Source: Macrostomum lignano
Lineage: Eukaryota
DNA: 64,000 nucleotides
Assembly: GCA_002269645.1 (NCBI GenBank)
Contig: NIVC01000110.1
Coordinates: forward strand, 372,001-436,000
Reading direction: 5' to 3'
Each line of letters begins with the position of its first letter. Within the stretch, counting starts at the first letter, position 1. Below the pieces are notes generated by a model, which searched no databases, was not told the origin of the DNA, and saw only the letters and a list, made by a program, of their open reading frames with translations. This document shows positions 47,705 to 64,000 of the stretch, one piece after another. Position numbers and translations under genes: made by a program.

Positions 47705-50652
47705 GACTCTGCCAGGTTATCATCTTGGCAGCAGCAGCAGCTGCAGAAGTCAATTCTTGGGTCTCAGTTAAGCCAGGATCAACAAGCTGTTGATCAGGCA
47801 TTTCAGTGTGGCATCTGCCTGTCCGAGTACACAGATCCCAGAGCTCTGCCATGCTTGCACACTTTCTGTGCCAGCTGTATTAAAGGCCTAAAAGCGGACT
47901 ACAATAATAGTCTCACTTGTCCCATGTGCCGTCGAAGGCACTACATCCCTGATCCAGCCAGTTTGCCTAAGAATTTCTACTTGGACCAGCTGCGAGAGGC
48001 CAGTGGAGGTGGTAAAAGTCCAGCTCGGGTGCACAGTTGTGCCGAATGCTCCAACAAGCCTGTAGCATTCTGCGACTGTTGCTCCGGTGCGCTGTGCCTG
48101 CGCCATCTCAACTCCCATTCTAATAGCCTGCTATCCGATTGTAAAACTGTTCTAGATGAAGCGGATGCTTTGATTCGAGCCGGAAAACAAGCCCAAGAGA
48201 GAAGTTCGAATAGCTTAAAACTAGAATTAGACTCGCTGAAGACTCAGGCTTCAATGGCAGATGCCACTCTTGCTCGACTAAGCGACATCATTGCCGAACG
48301 TCGTCAGTTGATAGCTAATCAAGCCGTCAGCTTAGCTAAAAGGCTGCAGCGACAAAGCCAGTTCTCTGCCAGTCGGCTGGCTGAGCTGTCGCTGGCTTGT
48401 CGACATCTGATGGAAGCTACAGAACAGGAAGATTTGCGGACAGCAAAGGGGCAACGGGACTCGCTGAGGCAACTGCTGATCGCTTCAAAGCTTGAAAGTC
48501 AGCGGCCAAAACTGCCAACTTCACTTGACATCAATTTGGACGCTCTGAATGTCCTTGAAGGCCAGTTGAAAGCTGCCACAGCTGTGAAAACAACTAACAT
48601 CGGTGAAGAGCTGGACTTTACTCCGCCGGCGTCGCTTGCTGAAATGCTGGTCGATACGCCGCCAAACTCGCAGCCGCACTCGTTGCTGAACGTTGATGCT
48701 GTTAATTCTCAGCCAGCGTCTGCTGCCGAGGTGCCGCTGCCTCCGGCTACAACGTCAACTCCTCGAGCTCTGCCTTGCGACTTTCGTCCCGTAGACTTGG
48801 CAATCGCTTCTCACCTTCCCGCTCCGCTGTGGTGTCATCCGGTATTGGGCATTGCAGCCGGTTCTGAAGCTCCAACTTCTTCCACGGCGGTGTCTGACGT
48901 AGCTGTCGCCTCCGCCAGTACTATCGCTGCTGTCAATCACAATGAAGCAGTCGATAGTTGGCAGACCATGCCGCGGCCTGTGCTGGCCTGCATCAGCGAT
49001 TCTGGCGAGTTGCACTTTCTAGATGGTGCCGGCAGACCATTGGCTAGATTGGCTCTGCCTGGGGTTAAGGTGAGTTGAACCCGTCGAACTGATTGGACCA
49101 CAGATTCGCTTTGCATACTTTGCATGCTATTTTTTAGTAGCCGTTGTCTAATAGTTTATGAAGCTGCTCTTCCTGTTGACAAAATCGATATTAGCGACTC
49201 TAAAAAAACTCTAAAACGACGAGATTTTGCGGCACAAGTCGCCAAAAAGTCGTCAAAGACTCGCCCAAGAGTCACTTTCGCACTGAGTCACATCTCTAGC
49301 GATTCTTGGACGACTCTTTCGCGACTGTTTCTTCAGCTACGATTCTGCAGCTCAAGTGACGCGCTTGTGACTCAACAGTCGCCTCTCCGTCGTATTAGAC
49401 GCGTTTTGAGTCGTTCAAAAGTCACAAGAGTCACTAGTGAGCTGTTTGCGGTGACTCTTAAGCGATTCTTGTCACGGTAACGCTTTCAGCGGGTAAATTA
49501 CAGGCCCCTTCAGTGAGTCGATAACAAACGGCCTAACCTCCTTGCTAGGCCTCTCGTCTATGCGAGTGCCCCTATCGCGGCGCCCTCGTACTGGCCGACG
49601 CTGTGTCCGGCTCTGTCCGACTTTGGCTGCCGCCTGACAGCGCCAGCTCCAACAGCGAACTCGGCGACTGTTCCGCCAGCGCGAGCATCTGGCAGCCGCG
49701 CGGGCTCGCCAGCTCAGGCGCGACAATCTACGTAGCCAGTCCGGGCGCCGTGCACCTGCTCGACGCTGTTACCATGGCAACCAGAGCGACAATTCGTCGA
49801 CCATTCAAAAGCGCCGACGCGGTGGCCGCTTGGCCCGACGGTGGCTTTGCCGTCTCCGACTGCGCCGAAGGCCTGGTGCACCTGTTCAGCGGCCCGCAGT
49901 CCTGCCAGCACCTCGGCAGCTTCGCCTGTCAGGACGCTTCGTTTATCGAGGTGGGCATTTTGAGCTCGGCTAGCAGGCGCCGGAACCAGGCGGCTTTCGC
50001 TCAGCAGCGTCGGTCAGCCCGGCAGCTGTTCGCTTCGCGGTCTCGACGGCATTCGGTGATCGGAGTGGACGTCGACTCCGAGGCTGACGACGCCGAGGGA
50101 CCGCCCAGGTGAGGCATCCACGTGTGACCTCTAAATGTTACAGCATTATCAAAGTATATGCGTCAGAGTTGGCGCCAAGCTTAACGTCAGAGTTCCTGCG
50201 GCCCAGGCTCGATTCCAAGTGCAGTCACATTAATTTGAGGCTGAATTGGAATCTCAGCTTGGCTCTGCTTGTGCAATTGAGGGCCAACCCCAAGGCACAG
50301 TGAAGTGTACATGCCTAGCGATGAATAAAGTCAGGGCCGCTGTGCACTCCTGTGTGAGTGAGTGCCTGTGCGTATGACTGCGTACGTATCCGCGCGCTTG
50401 TGTGCCTGCTCAGGGGAGTCGGCGGAATGGGCAGCAATGCCTCTCACCGGTTGTGTGACAATGTGAGACATTCGATTTCCACCAGTCATTGTGCGTCCCC
50501 CAATCCGCAGAGAGTTGACTGCCGGAGCCGACGCCAAAGGCGGCGCCCCGGGCCAAGTGAACTGCCCGCTTGGCCTGCGCTTCGATGCAGTCAGCGGCTG
50601 CCTGTACGTCTGCGATTTTTATAACTATCGGCTGCAGATCTTTGCTGTGTAG
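47705..50652 (+). CDS. TRIM-NHL protein (RING, B-box-like, coiled-coil, NHL propeller); exons 47705-49069, 49549-50108, 50511-50652
   Basis: RING CGICLSEYTDPRALPCLHTFCASC..CPMC; B-box-like CAEC..CDCC..CLRH..H; NHL motifs WQPRGLA, WPDGGFAVSDC, CPLGLRFDAVSGCLYVCDFYNYRLQIF. Donors AAG|GTGAGT (phase 0) and AG|GTGAGG (phase 2) match acceptors GCTAG|GCC and CGCAG|A; stop TAG at 50650-52. No in-frame ATG precedes the RING. Confidence 0.87.
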
Positions 50653-50656
50653 AGCA

Positions 50657-51440
50657 CCTCACTGGCTTCCCTGACACCCCACTGGCTTCCCTGACACCCC
50701 ACTGGCTTCCCTGACACCCTACTGGCTTCCCTGACACCTCACTGGCTTCCCTGACACCCTACTGGCTTCCCTGACACCCTACTGGCTTCCCTGACATCCT
50801 GCTGGCGTCCCTGACATCCTGCTGGCTTCCCTGACACCCTACTGGCTTCCCTGACACCTCACTGGCTTCCCTGACACCCCACTGGCTTCCCTGACACCCT
50901 ACTGGCTTCCCTGACACCTCACTGGCTTCCCTGACACCCCACTGGCTTCCCTGACATTCTTCTGGCTTCCTTGACACCCCACTGGCTTCCCTGACATCCT
51001 GCTGGCGTCCCTGACATCCTGCTGGCTTCCTTGACACCCCACTGGCTTCCCTGACATCCTGCTGGCGTCCCTGACATCCTGCTGGCTTCCTTGACACCCC
51101 ACTGGCTTCCCTGACATCCTGCTGGCGTCCCTGACATCCTGCTGGCTTCCCTGACACCCCACTGGCTTGCCTGACATCCTGCTGGCTTCCCTGACACCCT
51201 ACTGGCTTCCCTGACACCCTACTGGCTTCCCTGACACCTCACTGGCTTCCCTGACACCTCACTGGCTTCCCTGACTCCCCACTGGCTTCCCTGACACCTC
51301 ACTGGCTTCCCTGACACCCCACTGGCTTCCCTGACTCCCCACTGGCTTCCCTGACTCCCCACTGGCTTCCCTGACTCCCCACTGGCTTCCCTGACACCCC
51401 ACTGGCTTCCCTGACTTCCCACTGGCTTCCCTGACACCCA
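50657..51440. repeat. 20-bp minisatellite ACTGGCTTCCCTGACACCCC
   Basis: Starts within a few nt of the TRIM-NHL stop codon. Confidence 0.96.
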
Positions 51441-52319
51441 CTGTCCCCATGTACCATGTTACCCTAAAATGTCTTACCCTATTTTCTATGCAAAATTGGC
51501 TTTTTATGTTCTGTAAATTACTTGTTAATTTTAAATCTTTCCGTTTGCTATAACACAATATATTGTTTGATTTTTATTGATTTTTATTTAAATCAGATCA
51601 TCCTTTGAGTTCCTGCACCCAATTATACAGACATTTGTGAATTAATCGTTTCAAAAAAATCTTCTGAGCTAATCTGTACCTTTAGTATGATTTTCTTAAT
51701 GAAATTTAATTTCAAAAATGAATCCTACACAACATGTTTTGATTTTTCATTTTTTTCCGAAAATAAAATCAATCTTTGCTACTACTAAATCAACTGAAGT
51801 AAGTAGGCTGTTGGCATGTTGTCAGAATGTTTTTATTTTTTAACTCATTTGTGCTGTCACTTCTGTTGTTATCAATTTTTTATTTTGTTTTCAATCGCTT
51901 CTCTATTAATCTAGCTAGACTAAACAATTTATATATTAGAAAAACATATTTAAAATCCTGCAAGTGCTTGAAACAAACAGGAATTTTTACGTTTTTTAGG
52001 TGGCATAATCATAATCTTGTAAAATTGCTTTTCACTACGAAATGCGTTGAGAGCGTAGAGAACTTTCTATGTTTTCTTAGAGTAAAAAAACAAATATATA
52101 AATCATAAATCAGTTTTACTTTTTCAATGTGAGTAGTATTTATATTACTAGATAAAAATTTGCTTTACTTTTAAATTGCCTTTTTACTTCTACAAAGACT
52201 TTTTACAGTAGTATGCCAGTCCAGAATTTCATTAACTAAGACTGAATTGTCTCCCACATCATATGCTGCAGAACTCTGATATCCCACTCCCACATTGCAT
52301 GATGTAGTGTAATATCTTA

Positions 52320-53845
52320 AATCACATGATGTAGAATCTGTAATATCCCAAATTAAATGATGTAGAATCTGTAATATCCCAAATCACATGATGTAGAATC
52401 TGTAATATCCCAAATTAAATGATGTAGAATCTGTAATATCCCAAATTAAATGATGTAGAATCTGTAATATCCCAAATCACATGATGTAGAATCTGTAATA
52501 TCCCAAATTAAATGATGTAGAATCTGTAATATCCCAAATTAAATGATGTAGAATGTGTAATATCCCAAATCACATGATGTAGAATCTTTAATATCGCAAA
52601 TTACATGATGTAGAATCTGTAATATCCCAAATTAAATGATGTAGAATCTGTAATATCCCAAATTAAATGATGTAGAATCTGTAATATCCCAAATTAAATG
52701 ATGTAGAATCTGTAATATCCCAAATTAAATGATGTAGAATGTGTAATATCCCAAATCACATGATGTAGAATCTTTAATATCCCAAATTACATGATGTAGA
52801 ATCTGTAATATCCCAAATCACATGATGTAGAATCTTTAATATCCCAAATTACATGATGTAGAATCTGTAATATCCCAAATTAAATGATGTAGAATATGTA
52901 ATATCCCAAATCACATGATGTAGAATCTGTAATATCCCAAATTAAATGATGTAGAATCTGTAATATCCCAAATCACATGATGTAGAATCTTTAATATCCC
53001 AAATTACATGATGTAGAATCTGTAATATCCCAAATCACATGATGTAGAATCTGTAATATCCCAAAAGAAATGATGTAGAATGTGTAATATCCCAAATCAC
53101 ATGATATAGAATCTGTAATATCCCAAATCACATGATGTAGAATCTTTAATATCCCAAATTACATGATGTAGAATCTGTAATATCCCAAATTACATGATGT
53201 AGAATCTGTAATATCCCAAATTACATGATGTAGAATCTTTAATATCCCAAATTACATGATGTAGAATCTGTAATATCCCAAATCACATGATGTAGAATCT
53301 GTAATATCCCAAATTACATGATGTAGAATCTGTAATATCCCAAATTAAATGATGTAGAATGTGTAATATCCCAAATCACATGATGTAGAATCTGTAATAT
53401 CCGAAATTAAATGATGTAGAATCTGTAATATCCCAAATCACATGATGTAGAATGTGTAATATCCCAAATCACATGATGTAGAATCTTTAATATCCCAAAT
53501 TAAATGATGTAGAACTTTAATACCCCAATTTACATGATTTAGAATCTGTAATGCCCCTAATCACATGATTTAGAATCTGTTATATCCCAAATCACATGAT
53601 GTAGAATCTGTAATATCCCAAGTCACATGATGTAGAATCTATAATATCCCACCTCACATGATTTAGAACTGTAATATCCCACATCACATCATTTAGAATC
53701 TGTAATATCCCACCTCACATGACTTAGAACTTTAATTTCCCACCTCACATGATTTAGAACTGTAATATCCCACCTCACATGATTTAAAAGCTGTAATATC
53801 CCACCTCACATGATTTAGAAGCTGTAATATCCCAAATTAAATGAT
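52320..53845. repeat. 31-bp AT-rich minisatellite TGATGTAGAATCTGTAATATCCCAAAT(TAAA/CACA)
   Basis: About 49 head-to-tail units at 31-nt periodicity, diverging at the right end. Confidence 0.97.
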
Positions 53846-53979
53846 AAGAGATCGTGTAGAACTTTACCAGGTAAAATCGTACTCAGATCATAATGCACTT
53901 ACATAAATTGAAGAATTCGCAACCAAGAGACTTGAAATACTACTGTAAATGGCATTAATAGTTTGAATTACGCGATCGG

Positions 53980-53985
53980 TTTATT
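53980..53985 (-). terminator. Candidate polyadenylation signal (AATAAA) of the homeobox gene
   Basis: TTTATT on the plus strand, about 103 nt past the stop at 54088. Confidence 0.5.
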
Positions 53986-54087
53986 AGCAGTTAAAAATGG
54001 TTAAATTAGGATTATCCAGCTGCAACTTCCACAGATTAGATTAAAATTTTAAGTTAAATTTAATTGGCTGAGCGTACAATTTGGTAG

Positions 54088-55793
54088 CTATTGCTGCTGC
54101 TGCTGCAGAGCCAGCGCTAGGAGTCTGAGTTGCTCCGCGTAAGAAAACTGCTGCTGCTGCTGCTGCTGAGCATGAGTCATGAGCTGATCTGTCTCATATC
54201 CGGGTTCTGTACCACCGTATGGAGTTACAGCGGTGCCCTCTTGCTGTTGCTGTTGCTGCTGCTGTTGCTTTCGTCGAGACTTGGCACGTCGATTTTGAAA
54301 CCAGATTTTCACCTGACAGGTGGACAGGCCCAGGCTGATTGCTAAGCGGTCTCTGTCTGGCTTGGCGATGTAGTCCGATTGGTTGAAGGCTGTTTCTAGG
54401 GCTAAGGTTTGACTGGCTGTGAAGTTGCTGCGAGACCTGTGATGGTGCCGCCTTTGCTGCTGCTGCTGGTGCTGCTCATATTGCTGCTGGTCTGGCGGTT
54501 CTTGCGACTGCGAGCTGAGTCTGGTGTGGCCTCCGTGATCTGAGTAAATAAGGGATATTTTTGTTTGTAAAAGATAGCTATAGTGAGTCGTTCGGTCCCG
54601 CAACTATCTGACTGAGTCGATGAGAGGGGCGGCAGTGTCTATAAAGATGTGCCAGTGTCTATAGATATCTCCTAGTGCCTATAGAAATGTGCCAGTGTCT
54701 GTAAAGATATTCCAGAGTCTACGGAGATTGTCCAGTGTCTATATATAGAGATGTACCGGTGTCTATAGAGATGTGCCCGTGTGTCTATAGAGATGTGCCC
54801 GTGTGTCTATAGAGATGTGCCCATGTGTCTATAGAGATTTGCTTGTGTGTCTACAGAGTTTTTTCAGCGTCTATAAAGATTTGACAGTGTTAACATAAAG
54901 AAGTAAAAAAAATATTGTCTATAGCACGTACAGAGAACTTACAGCAACTAAAGAGAAGTTACAGAATCTACAGAGAAGTTACAGAATCTACAGAGAAGTT
55001 ACAGAATCTACAGAGAAGTTACAGAATCTACAGAGAAGTTACAGAATCTACAGAGAAGTTACAGAATCTACAGAGAAGTTACAGAATCTACAAAGAACTT
55101 ACAGAATCTACAGAGAAGTTACAGAATCTACAGAGAAGTTACAGAATCTACAGAGAAGTTACAGAATCTACAGAGAAGTTACAGAATCTACAGAGAAGTT
55201 ACAGAATCTACAGAGAAGTTACAGAATCTACAGAGAAGTTACAGAATCTACAGAGAAGTTACAGAATCTACAGAGAAGTTACAGAATCTACAAAGAACTT
55301 ACAGAATCTACAGAGAAGTTACAGAATCTACAGAGAAGTTACAGAATCTACAGAGAAGTTACAGAATCTACAGAGAAGTTACAGAATCTACAGAGAAGTT
55401 ACAGAATCTACAGAGAAGTTACAGAATCTATAGAGAAGTTACAGAATCTACAGAGAAGTTACAGAATCTATAGAGAAGTTACAGAATCTACAGAGAATTT
55501 ACAGCACCTACAGAGAAGTTACAGCACCTACAGAGAAGTTACAGCACCTACAGAGAATCTACAGCACCTACAGAGAATCTACAGCACCTACAGAGAATCT
55601 ACAGCACCTACAGAGAATATTGAGTGTCCATAGAGGAGCGCCAGTGTTCTATTATAGAGTCAGCAAACTTACCACCAAAGCACGCATTTGCCTGCCGCAG
55701 TGCCAGGGACTGCTCTGTAGTCTTAGCAGCAGCAGAAGCGGAAGCAGTAGTTCCATCCGAAAGCAGACTCTCCACGGTGAACAGGCCTGGCAT
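54088..55793 (-). CDS. NKL-class (ANTP) homeobox protein with N-terminal eh1 motif, 190 aa; exons 55793-55673 and 54539-54088
   Basis: Exon 1 MPGLFTVESLL (eh1-like) ends at a phase-1 donor G|GTAAGT; acceptor TTTACTCAG|AT restores the frame; homeodomain RSRSNFTASQTLALETAFNQSDYIAKPDRDRLAISLGLSTCQVKIWFQNRRAKSRRK; poly-Q tracts. Confidence 0.88.
54635..54860. repeat. Degenerate ~22-24-bp repeat GTGTCTATAGAGATGTGCCC in the homeobox intron
   Basis: Read directly from the sequence. Confidence 0.8.
54925..55618. repeat. 20-bp minisatellite ACAGAATCTACAGAGAAGTT in the homeobox intron
   Basis: About 34 near-identical units. Confidence 0.97.
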
Positions 55794-57464
55794 ACTGGCT
55801 GTGAATGATCAATCAATGGAGTAACTTCTAGTCTTGTATCTCAGAGTCTCAGACCCAAACATCTTCAGCTCTGATTGAGGCTTCTTAAATACATTTACGC
55901 GACTCCCCCAGTCTCATTAGAACTCCCCTTTCCCTCCTGCAGTTCCCAGGCCCTCACAACCCACTCGAGTCCGTGAAGTTTTGACAGGTGCGCCAGGTAA
56001 CAAACATTTCTGGGGTTTGGCGGGTAGGGGATGGCTAGAATTGATTGAGATGAATTATGATAGGGAAGGAGAGAGCATGCAGTTGAGTGGCGATGAGAGA
56101 TCGACAGTCAGCCCTGCAGTTCGCTGTCCAATGATAATTAATGTCGCGTGTCCTCATTGCCCATAACTTCATCTATATGGAATTCTTAAATCGAGAATCT
56201 GAGTTGCAAACTAACTGATTCATAATTTTGATTTTGAGAAAAAACACAACAAAAAACGGAATCAAATTAGAAGCGAATTGAAGTTTGATTATTTCGTAGA
56301 AAATAAAGCAATGTTTTTTCGATAGGTTTTTGCCTCTCTCATAGCTCTATTGATATTCATAGAGCTGTTTAGAGAGATATCATTTTGTTATACAGTCATT
56401 AAGCTAAGAACGATAAGAATAGGTTTATAAAATCAATGAGTCGAGCTGTATCGTGTAGTCGTATGATTTTTAGGCGCAGGACAGGACATGTTCGATTGTG
56501 CGTAGGCTACAAAATTAACACAGAATTCAAATTTTCTCAACGAACAGCTCAATGGAGCTATAATAAAGACACGACATATCAAAAGGGAAAAATTCGGTCT
56601 CATTTCTAAGAAAACTAATCACAATTTTTATGCTGAAAAAAAGAAAACCTTCCCTATCTCCGTATGCAGTTTTTCCGTTAAAAAACCCGGCCTCCTAAAC
56701 ATTTCCAAGAAACGTTGTTTCCCGAGTAGTCGTTGCTCAGTAGTTTAAGACTCCACGCCAGCAGAACTCCGAACCGCTAGGCGCAGCGGGGGTCGCTCCG
56801 GGGGGGGGGGGGGGTTGGGTGATGGGGGGACCCTCATGCGTGCCACGCCATCTCCCGCTACTCAAGTGGTTCCTCCCCCCTTCATTGCGTGGATCCTTAC
56901 TGCTAGGGGAATCAATGATGTGCCTTACTGGAACAATAACAGCTGATCTCTGTGAAACAATGATCAGGCCAGGTGTGGCTCAGACTGAGCACGCTTGATC
57001 AGCTTTATTGAGATGTCGTAGCAATTATTATACGTATATAAAATATATTTTATAATTTCTAATGACTAGCACATTTCTCTCCTCACTGCAGACCACAGCT
57101 TCTAATTGGCAGGCAACAAAGTGTGCAAATCCTACTACCGACCAGTCTTGTCGGGACAAAACCTGAATGAAAGTATGAGAAACAAGTAAGTATTTTATTA
57201 TATAGATTTCATATTCTGGACCATACTATAAAGTGTAATAAAAGCCGCCGGTAAGAACCGAAGGCAAACCGAAATTCTTTTGGAAATTCTCTCTTTACTA
57301 TTTTTTTCATTTTCTTCTCTTGCTTATTGCGCATTTTGCAATCGTAAAAACCCATACAATACAATAGTGTGCCGAGAGACTGCTGTGTCAAGGAGGTCCC
57401 ATGGAAAATTTTCTAGAGTGACAGATTGTTTTGCAATAGAATATATTGAGAAGAGGAAGAGAAG

Positions 57465-58235
57465 AGAGAGGAGGGGAGAAAAGAGAGGAGGGGAGAGAGT
57501 AGAAAGGATAGGGGAGAGAGTAGAGATGATGAGAGAGAGTAGAGATGAGGGGAGAGAGTAGAGATGATGAGAGAGAGTAGAGATGAGGGGAGAGAGTAGA
57601 GATGAGGGGAGAGTAGAGAAGAAGCGGGAGAGTAGAGATAAGGGTAGAGAGTAGAGACAAGGAGAGAGAGTAGAGATGAGGTGAGAGAGTAGAGATGATG
57701 GGAGAGAAGATAGAAAAAGGGAGAGAGTAGAGAAGAGACGGGAGAGTAGAGACAGGGGGAGAGAGTGGAGATGAGATGAGAGAGTAGAGATGATGGGAGA
57801 GAAGATAGAAGAAGGAAGAGAGTAGAGAAGAGGCGGGAGAGTAGAGATGAGGGGAGAGAGTAGAGATGAGGTGAGAGAGTAAAGATGAGGGGAGAGTAGA
57901 GATGAGGTGAGAGAGTAGAGATGAGGTGAGAGAGTAGAGATGATGGCAGAGAGTAGAGATGAGGTGAGAGAGTAGAGATGAGGGGAGAGAGTAGAAAGGA
58001 GAGGGAAGAGAGTAGAGATGAGGGGAGAGAGTAGTGATGAGGTGAGAGAGTAGAGATGATGGGAGAGAATAGAGATGAGGTGAGAGAGTAGAGATGAGGT
58101 GAGAGAGTAGAGATGAGGTGAGAGAGTAGAGATAAGGGGAGAGAAGATAGAGAAAGGGAGAGAGGAGAGAGGTGAGGGTAGATAAGACGGGAAAGAGGAG
58201 AGAAGAGGGGAGAGAGAAGAGAGACTGAGAAGAGA
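57465..58235. repeat. Purine-rich ~20-bp repeat AGAGAGTAGAGATGAGGGG
   Basis: Read directly from the sequence. Confidence 0.92.
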
Positions 58236-58749
58236 CAGACTTTGAGCTGACCGGGTTTTACTATTGCAAAGTTTGAAAGGACCCGAGGGCCCAACAGCGC
58301 GGCTTCGCCGGCTTGAGTTTTCCGACCCCAATGGTTTCGGTAAAGAGTTGTTGGTTCTGCGAGTAGCTCAAAATTCTAGACTAAAGTCTCTCTGACTTGA
58401 GCCCAACTGGCTATTGAGCCCCGTCCCCACCTCCACATCAGCTTCGTCTATTATTTCTTTTTCATTTCTGTCGGCGAAGTGAAACACGAAAAGACGACTT
58501 GAGTGGAGAGTGGGGGTTGGCCATTGAGCGGAGAGCTTCGCTGGGCGTTGACCGTCCGTGGCCACGCGGCCGATAGCATGCCTTACTATAGGTGTACACC
58601 GCATTCTAGGGTGGGGTTCATCTTCTCATCATGTAGTCGCGTGGGCCTTAGCAGGGACCGCTTAATGCGTGCTTGTTTGCAAGCACTTGGATTGGAAAGC
58701 TATCGCTATATCTCACGAGGTTGAAGGTGTATTAGGCGTATGCCTTTGA

Positions 58750-59332
58750 AATTCATTTGATGAAGGGCGCCATTTCATTTGATGAGGGCGCCATTTCATT
58801 TGATAGGGGCGCCATTTCATTTGATGGAGGGCGCTATTTCATTTGATGGAGGGCGCTATTTCATTTGATGGAGGGCGCTATTTCATTTGATGAAGGGCGC
58901 CATTTCATAAGAGGGGTGCCATTTCATTTGATAGGGGCGCCATTTCATTTGATGGAGGGCGCTATTTCATTTGATGGAGGGCGCTATTTCATTTGATGGA
59001 GGGCGCTATTTCATTTGATGGAGGGCGCTATTTCATTTGATGGAGGGCGCTATTTCATTTGATGGAGGGCGCTATTTCATTTGATGGGGGGGCATTTCAT
59101 TTGATGGAGGGTGCTATTTAATTTGATGGAGGGCGCCATTTTATTTGATGGGGGAGCCATTTCATTTGATGGAGGGTGCTATTTCATTTGATGGAGGGTG
59201 CTATTTAATTTGATGGAGGGCGCCATTTTATTTGATGGGGGAGCCATTTTATTTGATGGAGGGTGCTATTTCATTTAATGGAGGGTGCCATTTCATTTGA
59301 TGGAGGGCGCTATTTTATTTCAGGGACGCCAT
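58750..59332. repeat. 22-bp minisatellite ATTTCATTTGATGGAGGGCGCY
   Basis: 22-nt periodicity, read directly. Confidence 0.95.
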
Positions 59333-59829
59333 TTGTAGTCGTAACGGCTGATCTACTTGCATTTCTAATTGAAAGCTTGTTTGTTCAATAAGGTAGCTCA
59401 TTTTGTTTCAATGAATTCCAGTCCAGATTTACTTTAGTGGTCCTTGTTAGACTTAGAACTTCACTGGGCGTAGCCACTGCCAGCCAGCCAGCCACCTACT
59501 CAAATCTGCAGACGTTTACGTAAAGGCATTGAAGCATTCCTACGGCTTTAAGGCTGTGCTTTATACGTACTCGCGATAAACTTCTCTTGCCAAAATGCTC
59601 TCCTTTTCACACACATCATTCATCCATTGAAGATTGAAATGGGCTTTGGAGGGGGAGGTCGCCTGCCCACCGCCCTCCTCTGGCAGAAACAACAATGAAA
59701 GCAGGGCGCAACGTCTACAAGAGCTCGGAAAAGTTGAGGCAACTGCAGCGACCGGAGAGGGCGGCAAACAACTCGAGACAGAGTCTTAGTTGATAACTAA
59801 CCCGACTTACCCAAGCACTGACTTCTCAG

Positions 59830-64000
<4,171 letters not shown>

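Overview
This is eukaryotic (animal) genomic DNA: GT-AG introns, abundant micro- and minisatellites, and no operons, rRNA or CRISPR arrays. Lophotrochozoan-type glutamate-gated chloride channels and the repeat landscape point to a spiralian, plausibly a free-living flatworm such as Macrostomum (inference only). Contents in order: (1) three tandem, apparently intronless HOIP/RNF31 (LUBAC)-related zinc-finger genes, 1-11069, none retaining the RBR catalytic cysteine; (2) a Tc1/mariner-derived MITE and a full-length frameshifted mariner; (3) two paralogous GluCl-type Cys-loop receptor 5' exons, each 965 nt and encoding signal peptide-ECD-M1-M2, with only one M3-M4 exon downstream, suggesting a variable-exon/constant-exon locus; (4) a TRIM-NHL gene whose first visible exon has no initiator ATG but is in frame for a flatworm spliced-leader AUG; (5) an eh1+NKL-class homeobox gene on the minus strand; (6) a filamin-repeat gene running off the right edge with no CH domain visible. 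Most long ORFs in the supplied track are artefacts of tandem repeats. All family calls are by-eye motif comparisons; no database searches were run.
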